Assembly (NCBI GenBank): GCA_023140195.1
Contig: JAGLME010000001.1
Coordinates: 193,146 to 257,145, forward strand
Length of the DNA: 64,000 nt
Direction of reading: 5' to 3'
Origin: Thermoplasmata archaeon
Lineage (GTDB): Archaea > Thermoplasmatota > Thermoplasmata > RBG-16-68-12 > SOIM01
Each line of letters starts with the position of its first letter. Position 1 is the stretch's first letter. Below, one piece after another: positions 1 to 10,141 of this stretch. Below the pieces are notes generated by a model that saw nothing but the letters and a program-made list of their open reading frames with translations, searched no databases and was not told the DNA's origin. The position numbers and the translations under genes are program-made.

Positions 1-2
1 TT

Positions 3-776
3 GGCAAGAGCAGTCTGGTCAGGAGGCTGACGCAGGACACCTTCGACGTACGGTACATCCCGACAGTCAGCACATCTGTGACGAAGATAGAGTTCGAGTT
101 CCCAGACAAGGATGGCGAGACGTTTGTACTCGAGATGGATATCTGGGACATCTCCGGACAGAAAGGCTTCCTGAGGTTCCTGAAGGGAGATTACTTCCGG
201 AAGGCAAGAATGATTGTTGCGGTCTGCGACGTGTCAAGAAGTGAGACGCTTTACAGCCTCGAGGGCTGGATACAGGATGCAAGAGAGATTGCCGGGGACA
301 TTCTAGTCCAGTTGGTGGGGAACAAATCCGATTCCCTCCACAATGTGATAAGATACGATCCGATGACCAGGAAGTACTCCAACGATTACGATTCAGAGGT
401 GCTCTATGTCAGCTGCAGCACCGGGGAGAACGTTGATTATACATTTCAAGAGATCGCAACCAAGGCTCTCGAGGATATTTTGAGCGGCCTCAACGAAGAA
501 GAGGAGGTTCTGGAGTTCGAGTGGGAGGTACTGGAAGCTATCGCAGGAAAGGGAAAATACGGTGCCTCAAAGGAGTTCTTCTTTCAGAACGTCAAGGGAA
601 TCCGATTCGACACATTGAAAGCGAACATCGAATCTCTTGAGAGGAAGGGTTACTTGAAGGTCAACTGGAATGGGGCTTCCGATTTCCTGGCGAAGGCCAC
701 TGAGGAGGGCCTCAAGAAGGCGGAGAGCGGGCCCAGGAAGTTCGACGACGAATACCTCGATCTGGTCACTGCATGA
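3..776 (+). CDS. Rab/Ras-like small GTPase with C-terminal winged-helix domain (5' truncated by window edge)
   Basis: Frame is open from position 3: GKS (G1), YIPTV (G2), WDISGQ (G3), GNKSD (G4), VSCST (G5). C-terminal part reads like a wHTH (EVLEAI...IESLERKGYLK...ATEEG). Confidence 0.85.
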   Translation, partial: GKSSLVRRLTQDTFDVRYIPTVSTSVTKIEFEFPDKDGETFVLEMDIWDISGQKGFLRFLKGDYFRKARMIVAVCDVSRSETLYSLEGWIQDAREIAGDILVQLVGNKSDSLHNVIRYDPMTRKYSNDYDSEVLYVSCSTGENVDYTFQEIATKALEDILSGLNEEEEVLEFEWEVLEAIAGKGKYGASKEFFFQNVKGIRFDTLKANIESLERKGYLKVNWNGASDFLAKATEEGLKKAESGPRKFDDEYLDLVTA

Positions 777-777
777 T

Positions 778-1917
778 CTAACGCAGAACGCTCCTTGAGA
801 TCACCATTCTCTGGACTTCTGACGTGCCTTCGTATATCTCCGTGATCTTGGCGTCCCTGTAGTATCTCTCGATCGGGAGGTCGGTCATGTAACCATACCC
901 GCCGTGGACCTGAATGGCCATTCTTGAAACCTCGACAGCGGCGGCGGATGCTGCCAACTTCGCCATTGCAGCCTCCTTTGAGAACCTCGCTCCTTTGTCT
1001 TCAAGGGATGCGGCGTGATATGTCAGCCATCGTGCCGAGTCGACCTTCACGGTCATGTCGGCTATCATCCATTGGATGGCTTGAAGCGCAGCGATGGGTT
1101 TTCCGAACTGAACCCTTTCTTTGGCATACTGAATCGATGCGTCCAATGACGCCTGGGCAATGCCAAGTGCCTGGGATGCGATACCGATCCTTCCAGAGTC
1201 CAGCGCTATCATCGCGATCTTGAAACCATCACCTTCATTGCCGAGCAAGTTCTCCTTGGGAACCCTGCAGTCTTCCATTATGACCTCTGCATGCTCTACC
1301 GACCGTATCCCCATCTTGTCGAATATCTTGCCGATCTTCAGGCCTGGGGTCTCACCGTCTACGATGAATGCGCTCATCCCCTTCGTACCTTTCTCCTTGT
1401 CCGTTATCACTATGATGATGAACACGCCAGCGATCGTCGCGTGGGTGATGAAGTACTTGATTCCGTTGAGAACGTATTCGTCCCCGTCCAGAACGGCCGT
1501 GGATTCCATCGCAGCAGCGTCCGTTCCCGCCTGGGGCTCAGTCAGCGCGAACGCGCCGATCACGTCCCCACTTGCGAGCGGTGGCAGGTATTTCTTCTTC
1601 TGTTCTTCGTTTCCGAATGTCAGCAGGGTCTGGGTACAGAGTGTGGTGTGCACGCTGAGGCTTCCTCCGAGGGATGCGGAGACCTTCGAAAGCTCCTCTA
1701 TGACATTCACGTAGCTGATGTGGTCTGCTCCCGCGCCTCCGTACTCGGCCGGTATGGGAACTGCCGCCAGTCCTTCTTCCTTCAACTTGATCCAAAGATC
1801 AGTCGAGAACTTCCCCTCTCTCTCGACCTCATCTACGACCGGTTTGACAACCGCCTCTCCAAAAGCTCTAGCCTTCTCTTTCCATTGTTGTTGTGTATCA
1901 TCGAGTTCGAAATCCAA
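778..1917 (-). CDS. Acyl-CoA dehydrogenase (butyryl-CoA dehydrogenase-like)
   Basis: Motifs FALTEPQAGTD, GRIGIA, RVQFGKPI, QVHGGYGY, IYEGTSEVQR. TTG start (LDFELDD) follows GGAAGAGG. The longer ORF to 2373 is a spurious extension. Confidence 0.95.
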   Translation of the reverse strand: MDFELDDTQQQWKEKARAFGEAVVKPVVDEVEREGKFSTDLWIKLKEEGLAAVPIPAEYGGAGADHISYVNVIEELSKVSASLGGSLSVHTTLCTQTLLTFGNEEQKKKYLPPLASGDVIGAFALTEPQAGTDAAAMESTAVLDGDEYVLNGIKYFITHATIAGVFIIIVITDKEKGTKGMSAFIVDGETPGLKIGKIFDKMGIRSVEHAEVIMEDCRVPKENLLGNEGDGFKIAMIALDSGRIGIASQALGIAQASLDASIQYAKERVQFGKPIAALQAIQWMIADMTVKVDSARWLTYHAASLEDKGARFSKEAAMAKLAASAAAVEVSRMAIQVHGGYGYMTDLPIERYYRDAKITEIYEGTSEVQRMVISRSVLR

Positions 1918-2092
1918 ACCTCTTCCCCCTGTGTTGGTCGTGGCATATGTTGGAGGATTATTAAGATTCCTATCAACGATACTGGCCTTTTCGTTCCCCC
2001 GTCGGGAGTCCATTCGAAAGAATGAAATATCGAGTGGGCTGTTTGAAAGGTGCTGGTATGGCTTCGGGGCAGTGGCCCTTAGAGGACTGGGC

Positions 2093-5000
2093 ATGGATGT
2101 CGTAGTTGTTGGATCTGCGGTTGTTCTTATCGGGACTTTCATTATCTTAGGGTTGCTGGCGGTCCGCTCGCGCATGATCTTCAGGATCGCCGTTCGGAAC
2201 TTCCTGAAGAGGAAGAGGTCCACATTGTTCGCTGTTTTTGGACTCGCCGTTGGTGCCGCTATCGTGACCGGTTCTCTTGTTGTTGGGGATTCGCTGGAGA
2301 ACGCCGTGGTGCAGTCGACCTTTCTGAACCTGGGTGCGGTGGATGAGGCCGCGCGGTCGGTCGGCGTGTTCAACCAGTCAATTGCAGATGAGGTAAGGGT
2401 TCAGCTTCTGGGCACTGAAATCGACGCAGTGGCACCGTTAATGGTCCTTCCCGTTTCGGTAAAGGACAACAATTCGGGTGCGAGACAATCCCTCGTGAAT
2501 ATCATCGCCTTCAATGACGATTTCCTGGATTTTGGTGATTTCAAACTCAATGATGGGTCGATTTTCAGCGGACCCCTCGGATCCGATCATGTGATCATCA
2601 ATAGAAAGCTGGCTGACAACCTTCGTGCGTCAGCATTGGATGTTCTGAATGTTTCGTTCCGCACACCAGAGTTCTCCTTCGAGACAGTCTATTCACCCAT
2701 CACCTCCCTTCAATACGCTCACTTCACGGTCGCCGAGATCGCGGACAACTCCGGCTTGGGCAGGTTCCAACTTGGAAGCAGCGGGGTGGTCCCGGAGAAC
2801 ATGTACGTGAGGCTGGATACCCTGCAGCAGATCCTTGGTCTGGAAGGAAAGGTCAACACGGTGATAGTCTCCAACGAAGGCGATGAGATTGCAGGTGTGG
2901 AGGACTCTTTGCGCGTCACCCGCTTGCTGGAAGATGTTTTCGATGATCAGATTGGTTATGAGGACCTGGGTTTCTCGGTGACACCCAGTAGTTACGTGAA
3001 GATGGACAGGAAGCAGATATTCTTCGAGGACCGGTACCTTGACATCGTGCTGAACATAACCTCCAACTCCCCCTTGGTCGAGGAGGTTTCCCAACTGACC
3101 TCGTATTTCTTCAACTGGGTCGGGAATGACTCATCATTCGTGGCATATTCTGTGTCTACGGGATTTGACCCGGCAGTGGATTCCGCATTCGGTCTGTTTG
3201 AGAGGAGCAGCAACAGTGAACTCATTGTGGGGGAGATCGCCGATGACGAGGTCATCATCAACGAGTATGTTGCGGGCAGACTGGGGATTGGTGAGGGCTC
3301 AACGGTGACCCTCAACTACTCAGTCTATGATGAGACGTTCACAGAAGTCTTCCAGTACGAGGATTTCACCGTCAAGTATGTGATTAATCTGACTGGGAAG
3401 GCCGATGACAGCGAACTCATGCCCCCCTTCCCTGGAATAAAGGGAAAGGCCAGTTGCGGTGACTGGCACCCGCCCATAGCCTTGGACGTTCAATCGATGA
3501 TGGTGGGCGAGGACCTCGACTACTGGATAACCTATGGCGGTAGCCCTAAGGTGTACGTCACACTCGACAAATCCAGGGAAATGTGGGCGAACGATCTGGG
3601 CGACATCACAACGATCAAGATAATGCCTACGGTCGGAACCAATGTGACCGTGCTGGCTCAATGGATGGGCACCCAACTCAATGAGTCCATAGGGCACAGG
3701 GATGCCGGGATAACGATATCACCGGTCAAGAAGGAAGGAATCGAATCGGCCGAAGGCGTCCAGATAGTCACCGAGACATACATCGCCTTTGGCAGTGTGG
3801 TCATACTCGCCGGAATGCTCTTGATAGTCCTGTTCGTAGGGACCTCCGCCGAGGAGAGAAGGAGGGAGATCGGGATCGTCAGGACGCTTGGAGCCACCAG
3901 GAAGAAGACAACGCTTTCTTTTATTTTCGAAGGTTCCATCTTGTCGATAATTGCTGCTGTGATCGGGGCCCTCCTAGGGATTCTTGTGGCCGTCATCAGT
4001 GTCTGGATGACCAACGAATTCTGGTCGAACCTCGTCGAGGGGAACCAGATCTCCCTTCACCTTACACTGCCAACGATCATGCTTGGGATGATGTCCGGAT
4101 TCTTGATTTCACTGATAACATTCGCATTCGCATCCTACTCGATTGCCAAGATGAGGATCGTGGAAGCTCTTCGAAGAATCTCCATGAGAAACATCAAGAA
4201 GTCTCGGGGCATCGGATCATTGCTCTTGGCCGTCCTCGGATCTCTTCTGATAATCGTCGGTTTCGTAATCAAGGTGGACCCATCCTTCCTCGGAATGTTG
4301 TGGCTGTTCGGTCCTGTGTCCCTGATGATGGGTATTGGATTCTTTGCGAAGGCAAGGTTCGATACCAAACTGGGAACTGGCATAGTCGGCGTAGCATCGA
4401 TTGCCTACACTCTTGTCTTCGATATGGTCTTCCTGTCCACCTACAACGAACCCGCCTTCATCCTGTTCTTCCTCAGTGGATTCGTAATTATTCTGGGAGC
4501 CGCTGTTGCTTTGTGGTCAGGGGTTTCCGTGCTCTCAAGATTGCTCAGTCGTTCGTCTGTGACCACAGTGGCGTTCTCAAATCCTATGCGGAAGCCAGGT
4601 CAGTCCACAATGACCATCGCCATGTTCGGGCTCGTGGTCTTCACACTCGTCGCATTGGCCGTGAACATATCCGGTCAGCAGGCGAACATAGACCGTGCCG
4701 TGGAGGAACAGAGCGCCGGATATCAGGTACTGGCCGAGGCAACTACGCCTGTCAGATTCGATTTGGGGGAAGAGCTGGTATCGTCTGCGGGCAATACGAC
4801 TCAATTCCTCACTGAGGTGACCACGGTTCAGTTCTCGACCTACGGCTCTACCGGAGGGACTTGTAGCAATCTCAACAGCAATCTTCCACCACGGTTGATC
4901 GGAGCCAATGGGACGTTCCTGCAGGATAACACATTCGTATTCTCCTCTTCACAGGATCATGATCCGTCGGACCCGGAAGGGGCCTGGTCGGAGCTCGATG

Positions 5001-5746
5001 GGGTTCAAGCCGATGGGTCCATCCCAATCGTGGGTGACACCAACACGATCATCTGGATCTACGGCAAAGGGGTGGGGGACACCATCCCGATAACCGACGA
5101 GAACGGGCAGGACAGGGAACTGCTGGTGGTCGGCATACTTCGAAGTTCCATGTTCAGCGGCTCGGTATTCCTCTCCGATGAGAACCTGGATGGCCTCTTC
5201 CCAACGAAGGCGGAGTTCAGTATGTTCCTATTCAAGACAGAGGAACCTGAACAGCTGGTGACATATCTCGAAGAGAATATGGACTCGTATGGAATGGACG
5301 CCACACTCGTTGAAGAGAGAGTGAGGGAAGACCTTGAGGTCGAATGGTCATACATGTCACTGTTCCAGACCCTGCTTCTGTTCGGCCTTGTGGTCGGAAC
5401 CGCCGGCCTTGCTTTGACATCGGCGAAGTCTGTCTCAGAAAGAAGGAATGAGATTGGCATCCTCCGATCCCTTGGATTCAAGCGCAGCATGGTGCTTCAG
5501 GCCTTCTTGTTGGAGAACCTGTACATCTCTTTGACCGGGACAGTCCTGGGTGTCGTATTCGGTCTGCTGGTGTCTTTCATCTTCTTCGGACCTATCGGGG
5601 GTCAAGGCTATGGGGTTGTTGTCCCATGGCTTACCATTATCATCATCGTCCTTACAGTCCTGGTATCTACTCTTCTCTCAACCGCAGGACCATCCATCAG
5701 GGCCGGAAAGATGAGGACGGTCGATGCCTTGAGGGTCGAGGAGTAG
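2093..5746 (+). CDS. Large MacB/FtsX-type ABC transporter permease (duplicated)
   Basis: Two ERRxEIGI(V/L)RxLG motifs, two transmembrane bundles and large extracytoplasmic domains. ATG at 2093. Confidence 0.9.
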   Translation: MDVVVVGSAVVLIGTFIILGLLAVRSRMIFRIAVRNFLKRKRSTLFAVFGLAVGAAIVTGSLVVGDSLENAVVQSTFLNLGAVDEAARSVGVFNQSIADEVRVQLLGTEIDAVAPLMVLPVSVKDNNSGARQSLVNIIAFNDDFLDFGDFKLNDGSIFSGPLGSDHVIINRKLADNLRASALDVLNVSFRTPEFSFETVYSPITSLQYAHFTVAEIADNSGLGRFQLGSSGVVPENMYVRLDTLQQILGLEGKVNTVIVSNEGDEIAGVEDSLRVTRLLEDVFDDQIGYEDLGFSVTPSSYVKMDRKQIFFEDRYLDIVLNITSNSPLVEEVSQLTSYFFNWVGNDSSFVAYSVSTGFDPAVDSAFGLFERSSNSELIVGEIADDEVIINEYVAGRLGIGEGSTVTLNYSVYDETFTEVFQYEDFTVKYVINLTGKADDSELMPPFPGIKGKASCGDWHPPIALDVQSMMVGEDLDYWITYGGSPKVYVTLDKSREMWANDLGDITTIKIMPTVGTNVTVLAQWMGTQLNESIGHRDAGITISPVKKEGIESAEGVQIVTETYIAFGSVVILAGMLLIVLFVGTSAEERRREIGIVRTLGATRKKTTLSFIFEGSILSIIAAVIGALLGILVAVISVWMTNEFWSNLVEGNQISLHLTLPTIMLGMMSGFLISLITFAFASYSIAKMRIVEALRRISMRNIKKSRGIGSLLLAVLGSLLIIVGFVIKVDPSFLGMLWLFGPVSLMMGIGFFAKARFDTKLGTGIVGVASIAYTLVFDMVFLSTYNEPAFILFFLSGFVIILGAAVALWSGVSVLSRLLSRSSVTTVAFSNPMRKPGQSTMTIAMFGLVVFTLVALAVNISGQQANIDRAVEEQSAGYQVLAEATTPVRFDLGEELVSSAGNTTQFLTEVTTVQFSTYGSTGGTCSNLNSNLPPRLIGANGTFLQDNTFVFSSSQDHDPSDPEGAWSELDGVQADGSIPIVGDTNTIIWIYGKGVGDTIPITDENGQDRELLVVGILRSSMFSGSVFLSDENLDGLFPTKAEFSMFLFKTEEPEQLVTYLEENMDSYGMDATLVEERVREDLEVEWSYMSLFQTLLLFGLVVGTAGLALTSAKSVSERRNEIGILRSLGFKRSMVLQAFLLENLYISLTGTVLGVVFGLLVSFIFFGPIGGQGYGVVVPWLTIIIIVLTVLVSTLLSTAGPSIRAGKMRTVDALRVEE

Positions 5747-5882
5747 CCAGTGCAGATTGCCAAATCCAAAACGTTTATATCAGAATCGCAGAATCTTTGG
5801 AGTATCGGAAGGAAGTCCAGATTCCAGCTGGACGGTTTTGGATGGTAACAGAGAACGGGAAAACACGTAGGGTGTCTGTGAA

Positions 5883-7559
5883 ATGAGAAGACTCAGAAAT
5901 GGCGTTTACTTGGCTGTTCTACTTCTGCTAATAACATCTTCGCTGAGCGGATTCCCAATGGCGATGGGTGATGAGACTCCAACCAGAGGCGATGGATCGA
6001 ACGAGGAGGCCAGGTGGGCTCAGTTCAGAGGCAATCTCAACAACACTGGATATTCTATCTCCACAATTCCCACCACCAATGACAGGTTCATGGAGTTCCC
6101 CACTCAGTGGCCAATACAATCCTCCGCAGCCTATGCGAACGGGGTGATATACTTCGGTTCACAATCCAAGATGGTATATGCGGTAGAGGCTTCAACTGGC
6201 GTGGAACTCTGGAACTACACCTTCGATGCTCCTGTGGATTCGACTCCATACGTTCACGAGGACACCGTGTACGTTGCGACTGCCAGTTTTGCCGACCCGG
6301 GACTGCACTCTTTCAATGCGACCACCGGTGAACTGCTGTGGTCATTTAACGTCAGTGGGCCAATCGTGGGTTCTCCCAAGTACTACAACGGTGCCGTCTT
6401 CTTCGGTTCGAAGGACCACAACTTCTACGCAGTGAACGTTACCGATCAGAGCCATTACTGGGGTGCACCTTTCCAGACTGGAGGAGCCATATGGGGAACG
6501 CCCGCCATCGCCGATGGACGGGTGTTCATTGGATCAAATGACGGCAATTTCACGAGCATATGGATTGAGAATGGGACAGTGGATTGGAACTTCAGCATCC
6601 CATCCGTCAATGACAACGATGTCAGGTACTCGAGCGCCGCCGTTTACAATGGCAGGGTGTTGGTCGGATCCGACGACGATAAGGTCTACTGCTTAGATGA
6701 GTTCACAGGTGACGTCATATGGACATTCACCACCAATGACTTCGTATACGCATCCCCCGCGGTTCACAATGACACCGTTTTCGTTAGCAGCAACGACTTC
6801 AACTTCTATGCTCTCCCCCTCTACGAGCCTTCCCCGCAAGATGGCATAATAGACAGCAACGATGTCATTTGGTCGGTCCCCACGGATGATTTCCAGGGAG
6901 GATCTTCAGCCGCTGTGGCTGATGGGAGGGTGCTGATTGGCTCGACGACCCTCGGCCTGATATGCGTGAACGAAACCGATGGGAGCTTCTTCTGGAACCT
7001 GACGATCCCCAGAGGCACTGTATCCTCCCCAACTGTGGTCGATGGCAAGATCTTTATCGGGGGGAATAATGGATTGATGTACGGACTCGGGTCCTCTGGC
7101 CTCCCGTCGCTTGAGCTTGAGATCATCCCGGACAATGAAGCACTGAAATCTAACCGTGTGATGGGAATAACCTTCTTAGCCACTCACGACCAGGAGCCGG
7201 TCGAGGGGGCTTTTGTCAGCCTAACAGTTTCAATTGGAGAACTATCACAGCAAGGCGCCAGCACTTTCTCTGATGGAACCAATAGGGTCAAGTACACCGC
7301 CCCAACGGTCCAGCAGAACACCACACTCACCATCACCGCCGTTGCCAGCAAGTTCGGGTTCGAAGATGGGAAAGCGACCTACCAGATAGTCATCGAGCGG
7401 GGGACCGCATACGAGAACACCACCACCAAGGCAGAGTTCCCGTGGTACAAGTATTACGGTTACATTGGGGCGATTGTCGTTCTTATCGTCTTGAATGTCG
7501 TTCTCGTTATCGTTTTCATTCGGAGGAAGGGCGAAGAGGAAAGGGGGGATACCGCATGA
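5883..7559 (+). CDS. Secreted PQQ-like (BamB-type) beta-propeller protein with Ig-like domain and C-terminal TM anchor
   Basis: Signal peptide, WAQFRGNLNNTG, repeated SSPxVxxGxVFIGS..G..W units, C-terminal hydrophobic helix followed by RRK. Confidence 0.9.
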   Translation: MRRLRNGVYLAVLLLLITSSLSGFPMAMGDETPTRGDGSNEEARWAQFRGNLNNTGYSISTIPTTNDRFMEFPTQWPIQSSAAYANGVIYFGSQSKMVYAVEASTGVELWNYTFDAPVDSTPYVHEDTVYVATASFADPGLHSFNATTGELLWSFNVSGPIVGSPKYYNGAVFFGSKDHNFYAVNVTDQSHYWGAPFQTGGAIWGTPAIADGRVFIGSNDGNFTSIWIENGTVDWNFSIPSVNDNDVRYSSAAVYNGRVLVGSDDDKVYCLDEFTGDVIWTFTTNDFVYASPAVHNDTVFVSSNDFNFYALPLYEPSPQDGIIDSNDVIWSVPTDDFQGGSSAAVADGRVLIGSTTLGLICVNETDGSFFWNLTIPRGTVSSPTVVDGKIFIGGNNGLMYGLGSSGLPSLELEIIPDNEALKSNRVMGITFLATHDQEPVEGAFVSLTVSIGELSQQGASTFSDGTNRVKYTAPTVQQNTTLTITAVASKFGFEDGKATYQIVIERGTAYENTTTKAEFPWYKYYGYIGAIVVLIVLNVVLVIVFIRRKGEEERGDTA

Positions 7560-8782
7560 GTTCGGTAAAGAAGCTGGTATCCATTGCTTTGGCCTTCCTT
7601 GCATTCTCCCTGACATTCTCTCCTTCGGTTGCCGGTCAAGGCGACGAGTTCGATGTCAAAACCCTGGGCCTGCTCTGGGAAAGCGAACCGCTTCACAATG
7701 CTACTCTGTGGTCCATCGAATGGTCCCCCAACGGTTCCCTCATTTCGGCCACCTTATTCGACAACACAACAGTCATAGTCAATTCCACCACCGGGGAGAA
7801 GCTCGTCGAGATAGGGTCCCATCAGGAGGAATGGGAACGGACCAGGTGCGATGCGATAAAGGAGTGCGGAATCGATCCTCACTTTCCGGCAAGGACCAGC
7901 GCCTGGTCACCGGACGGTCAGTATCTGGCAGTAGGCGGGGATAATACATTGGTGATCATCTACGAAACCGAAACGTGGGAGATAGTGAAGATACTCTTTG
8001 GCCATGAAGGAAGCGTTCTGTCCGTGAGCTGGTCTCCCGATGGGAAGTACATTGCATCCGGCTCCGGGACAGACAAGGTCGATATGCACAACCTCCCTGA
8101 GAATCTGATCAAGATATGGGATTTCGAACAAGGCATCGCGGTCCAGAACCTGACCGGGCATAGGGACGGCATATTGGAGTTGAGATGGTCCTCAGATCAA
8201 TCAAGACTTGTTTCGGCCTCTGACGATAAGTTCATCAAGCTGTGGAACACGACCAGCTGGGACAACTACCTCAATCTCACTGGGCACACGATCGGCGTTC
8301 TGAGCCTAGACTGGTCCCCAAACGAGACCATGCTTGTGTCCGGCAGCAGGGATTATAAGATCAGGGTGTGGAACACGACAACCGGCGAGGAGCTGAGCAG
8401 ATGGGCCGCTCCCAATTGCGTCAGGTCGGTCGACTGGCACCCTTACGAGAACATCATTGCCGCTTCAGGAGTTACGGAAGCCTACCTCATGATCAGGAAC
8501 GCCACAACCGGGTCCATTCTCAAGACAATCAGGGACAACGATGACGCTGGGGGCGTTATCCAATCGAGTGGCTGGTCCCCCGACGGAAAAAGGCTGGCCA
8601 GTGGATCGAACGTCGAGTTCAAGATACGGGTATATGAGTTTGGGATCGGAGGGGACACCGAAAGGACTGGACCGGCTCCGTGGTTGCTTGGCATGATCGT
8701 CTTCTTTGTCATCTTCACTCTTATCATCGTTGTAATGGTGGTGCGAATACCGGCGAAGATCAGGAAGTTCGAGAGGAGGTGA
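7556..8782 (+). CDS. Secreted, membrane-anchored WD40 repeat protein
   Basis: GH...WSPDG...ASGS.D..IKIWD repeats, signal peptide from ATG 7556 (ATGA overlap with the upstream stop), C-terminal TM helix. Confidence 0.9.
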   Translation: MSSVKKLVSIALAFLAFSLTFSPSVAGQGDEFDVKTLGLLWESEPLHNATLWSIEWSPNGSLISATLFDNTTVIVNSTTGEKLVEIGSHQEEWERTRCDAIKECGIDPHFPARTSAWSPDGQYLAVGGDNTLVIIYETETWEIVKILFGHEGSVLSVSWSPDGKYIASGSGTDKVDMHNLPENLIKIWDFEQGIAVQNLTGHRDGILELRWSSDQSRLVSASDDKFIKLWNTTSWDNYLNLTGHTIGVLSLDWSPNETMLVSGSRDYKIRVWNTTTGEELSRWAAPNCVRSVDWHPYENIIAASGVTEAYLMIRNATTGSILKTIRDNDDAGGVIQSSGWSPDGKRLASGSNVEFKIRVYEFGIGGDTERTGPAPWLLGMIVFFVIFTLIIVVMVVRIPAKIRKFERR

Positions 8783-8788
8783 ATTGGA

Positions 8789-10141
8789 CTGAAGATTTCC
8801 AGGGTTGGAGTTTCATTCGTTCTTGCGTTCATTCTTCTCACTTCATCAGCGATCGTGGTGAGAGCTGAGATCGACGCCGAGTTCCTGGGTAGCGGTCCCG
8901 GGAGGTTCAATTCACTGGTCGTCTCCGACATAGACGAGGACGACAACATCGAGATAGTCCTGGGCAACTACGAGGGTCACATCAACATAATCGAGTACAG
9001 GGACGGCGAGTACATCGAGGAGTGGAGGAGCGAGAAGCTTGGTACAAGACTCTGGGGCATAATGGTGGCCGATCTGGACGGGGACGGGAACAACGAGATT
9101 ATAGCAGGCACCGGAGAGGGCGAGGTCTTCATCTACGATGCCAAGACCCACGAGAGGAAATGGAAGAGTCCCGAACTGATCAGAGACGCTCATGGATTCG
9201 CCGTCGGGGACGTGGACGCGGACGGGCAGAACGAGTTGATAATCGGCACCGGATACAAGACCGACACTCCCTGGGGCACGGTATACATCTACAATGGAGT
9301 GAACCTGACACTGGAGGCCAAGATCGAAGAGCTGGGTTCGCGGATAAGGGCCATATCCGTCCACGATGTAGACGGCGACGGGGTCAACGAGCTCGTATTC
9401 GGCACCGGTCATGCTCTCGGAGAGACGCCCGGGGAGGGTTACATTCACATTTACCAGTATGATGGCCAACGATACGTGAGGGAGTGGAAGAGCCCTGACC
9501 TCAACGGCGATCCAGAAGGAATGCTCATCAAGGATGTGGACGGGGACGGCAACCTCGAGATCGTGGCAAGCAACGGGTACAGATACTTCCCCGGGTTCCT
9601 TTACATATTCAGATACTCAGGCGGTCTGGGTGTGGGCGAACCTGACATATACGAGATGGTGCTGGAGAGCGACGACATCGGACCCAAGGCGTATGGTCTG
9701 GATGCCGCGGACATCGATGGCGACGGCATAATCGAGATAGTCGTCGGCAACCAGCCGGGGTACATCTGGGTGTTCGACGGAAGCACCCACGAGGTCGAAT
9801 GGAAGAGCGATTTATTGGGCACCGACATCTTCGGGATTAAGTTGTATGACATCGACCGGGACGGACAGATGGAGATAATCGCCACTCAAGGCGGGTATCA
9901 GGGAAAGGCTGACTTCACCAGCGCCTACACAACCCCACACATTTTCATCATTGATGGCAAGACCCATACGATCGAGGAGACCATTGGAGAACCGGACTAC
10001 TTAGCTTTTGCATTCCAGATCGTCATCGTCACTCTCGTGATCGTCTTCCTTGTCCTGTTGAACATCATCGTCAGAAAGAAGAAGGTGCAGAAGGTCACGA
10101 CAGAGCAGCCAAAGGAGGTGGTGGCGTCATCGGAGAGCTGA
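8789..10141 (+). CDS. Secreted FG-GAP/VCBS repeat beta-propeller protein with C-terminal TM anchor (probable CTG start)
   Basis: Many DxDGDGxxEI Ca-binding repeats. The signal peptide (KISRVGVSFVLAFILLTSSA) lies upstream of the first GTG. GGAGGTGA sits 6 nt before CTG 8789. Confidence 0.85.
   Translation: MKISRVGVSFVLAFILLTSSAIVVRAEIDAEFLGSGPGRFNSLVVSDIDEDDNIEIVLGNYEGHINIIEYRDGEYIEEWRSEKLGTRLWGIMVADLDGDGNNEIIAGTGEGEVFIYDAKTHERKWKSPELIRDAHGFAVGDVDADGQNELIIGTGYKTDTPWGTVYIYNGVNLTLEAKIEELGSRIRAISVHDVDGDGVNELVFGTGHALGETPGEGYIHIYQYDGQRYVREWKSPDLNGDPEGMLIKDVDGDGNLEIVASNGYRYFPGFLYIFRYSGGLGVGEPDIYEMVLESDDIGPKAYGLDAADIDGDGIIEIVVGNQPGYIWVFDGSTHEVEWKSDLLGTDIFGIKLYDIDRDGQMEIIATQGGYQGKADFTSAYTTPHIFIIDGKTHTIEETIGEPDYLAFAFQIVIVTLVIVFLVLLNIIVRKKKVQKVTTEQPKEVVASSES

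Noticed and set aside
1718-2373. Apparent long bidirectional overlap between the acyl-CoA dehydrogenase and permease ORFs
   Set aside because: Both are ORF-caller extensions. The real starts at 1917 (-) and 2093 (+) leave a normal divergent intergenic region.
8780-8782. In-frame TGA between the WD40 and FG-GAP ORFs (possible selenocysteine or readthrough fusion)
   Set aside because: The TGA follows a TM anchor and basic tail, forms part of a perfect SD, and precedes a new signal peptide. No SECIS or Cys-like context is evident.
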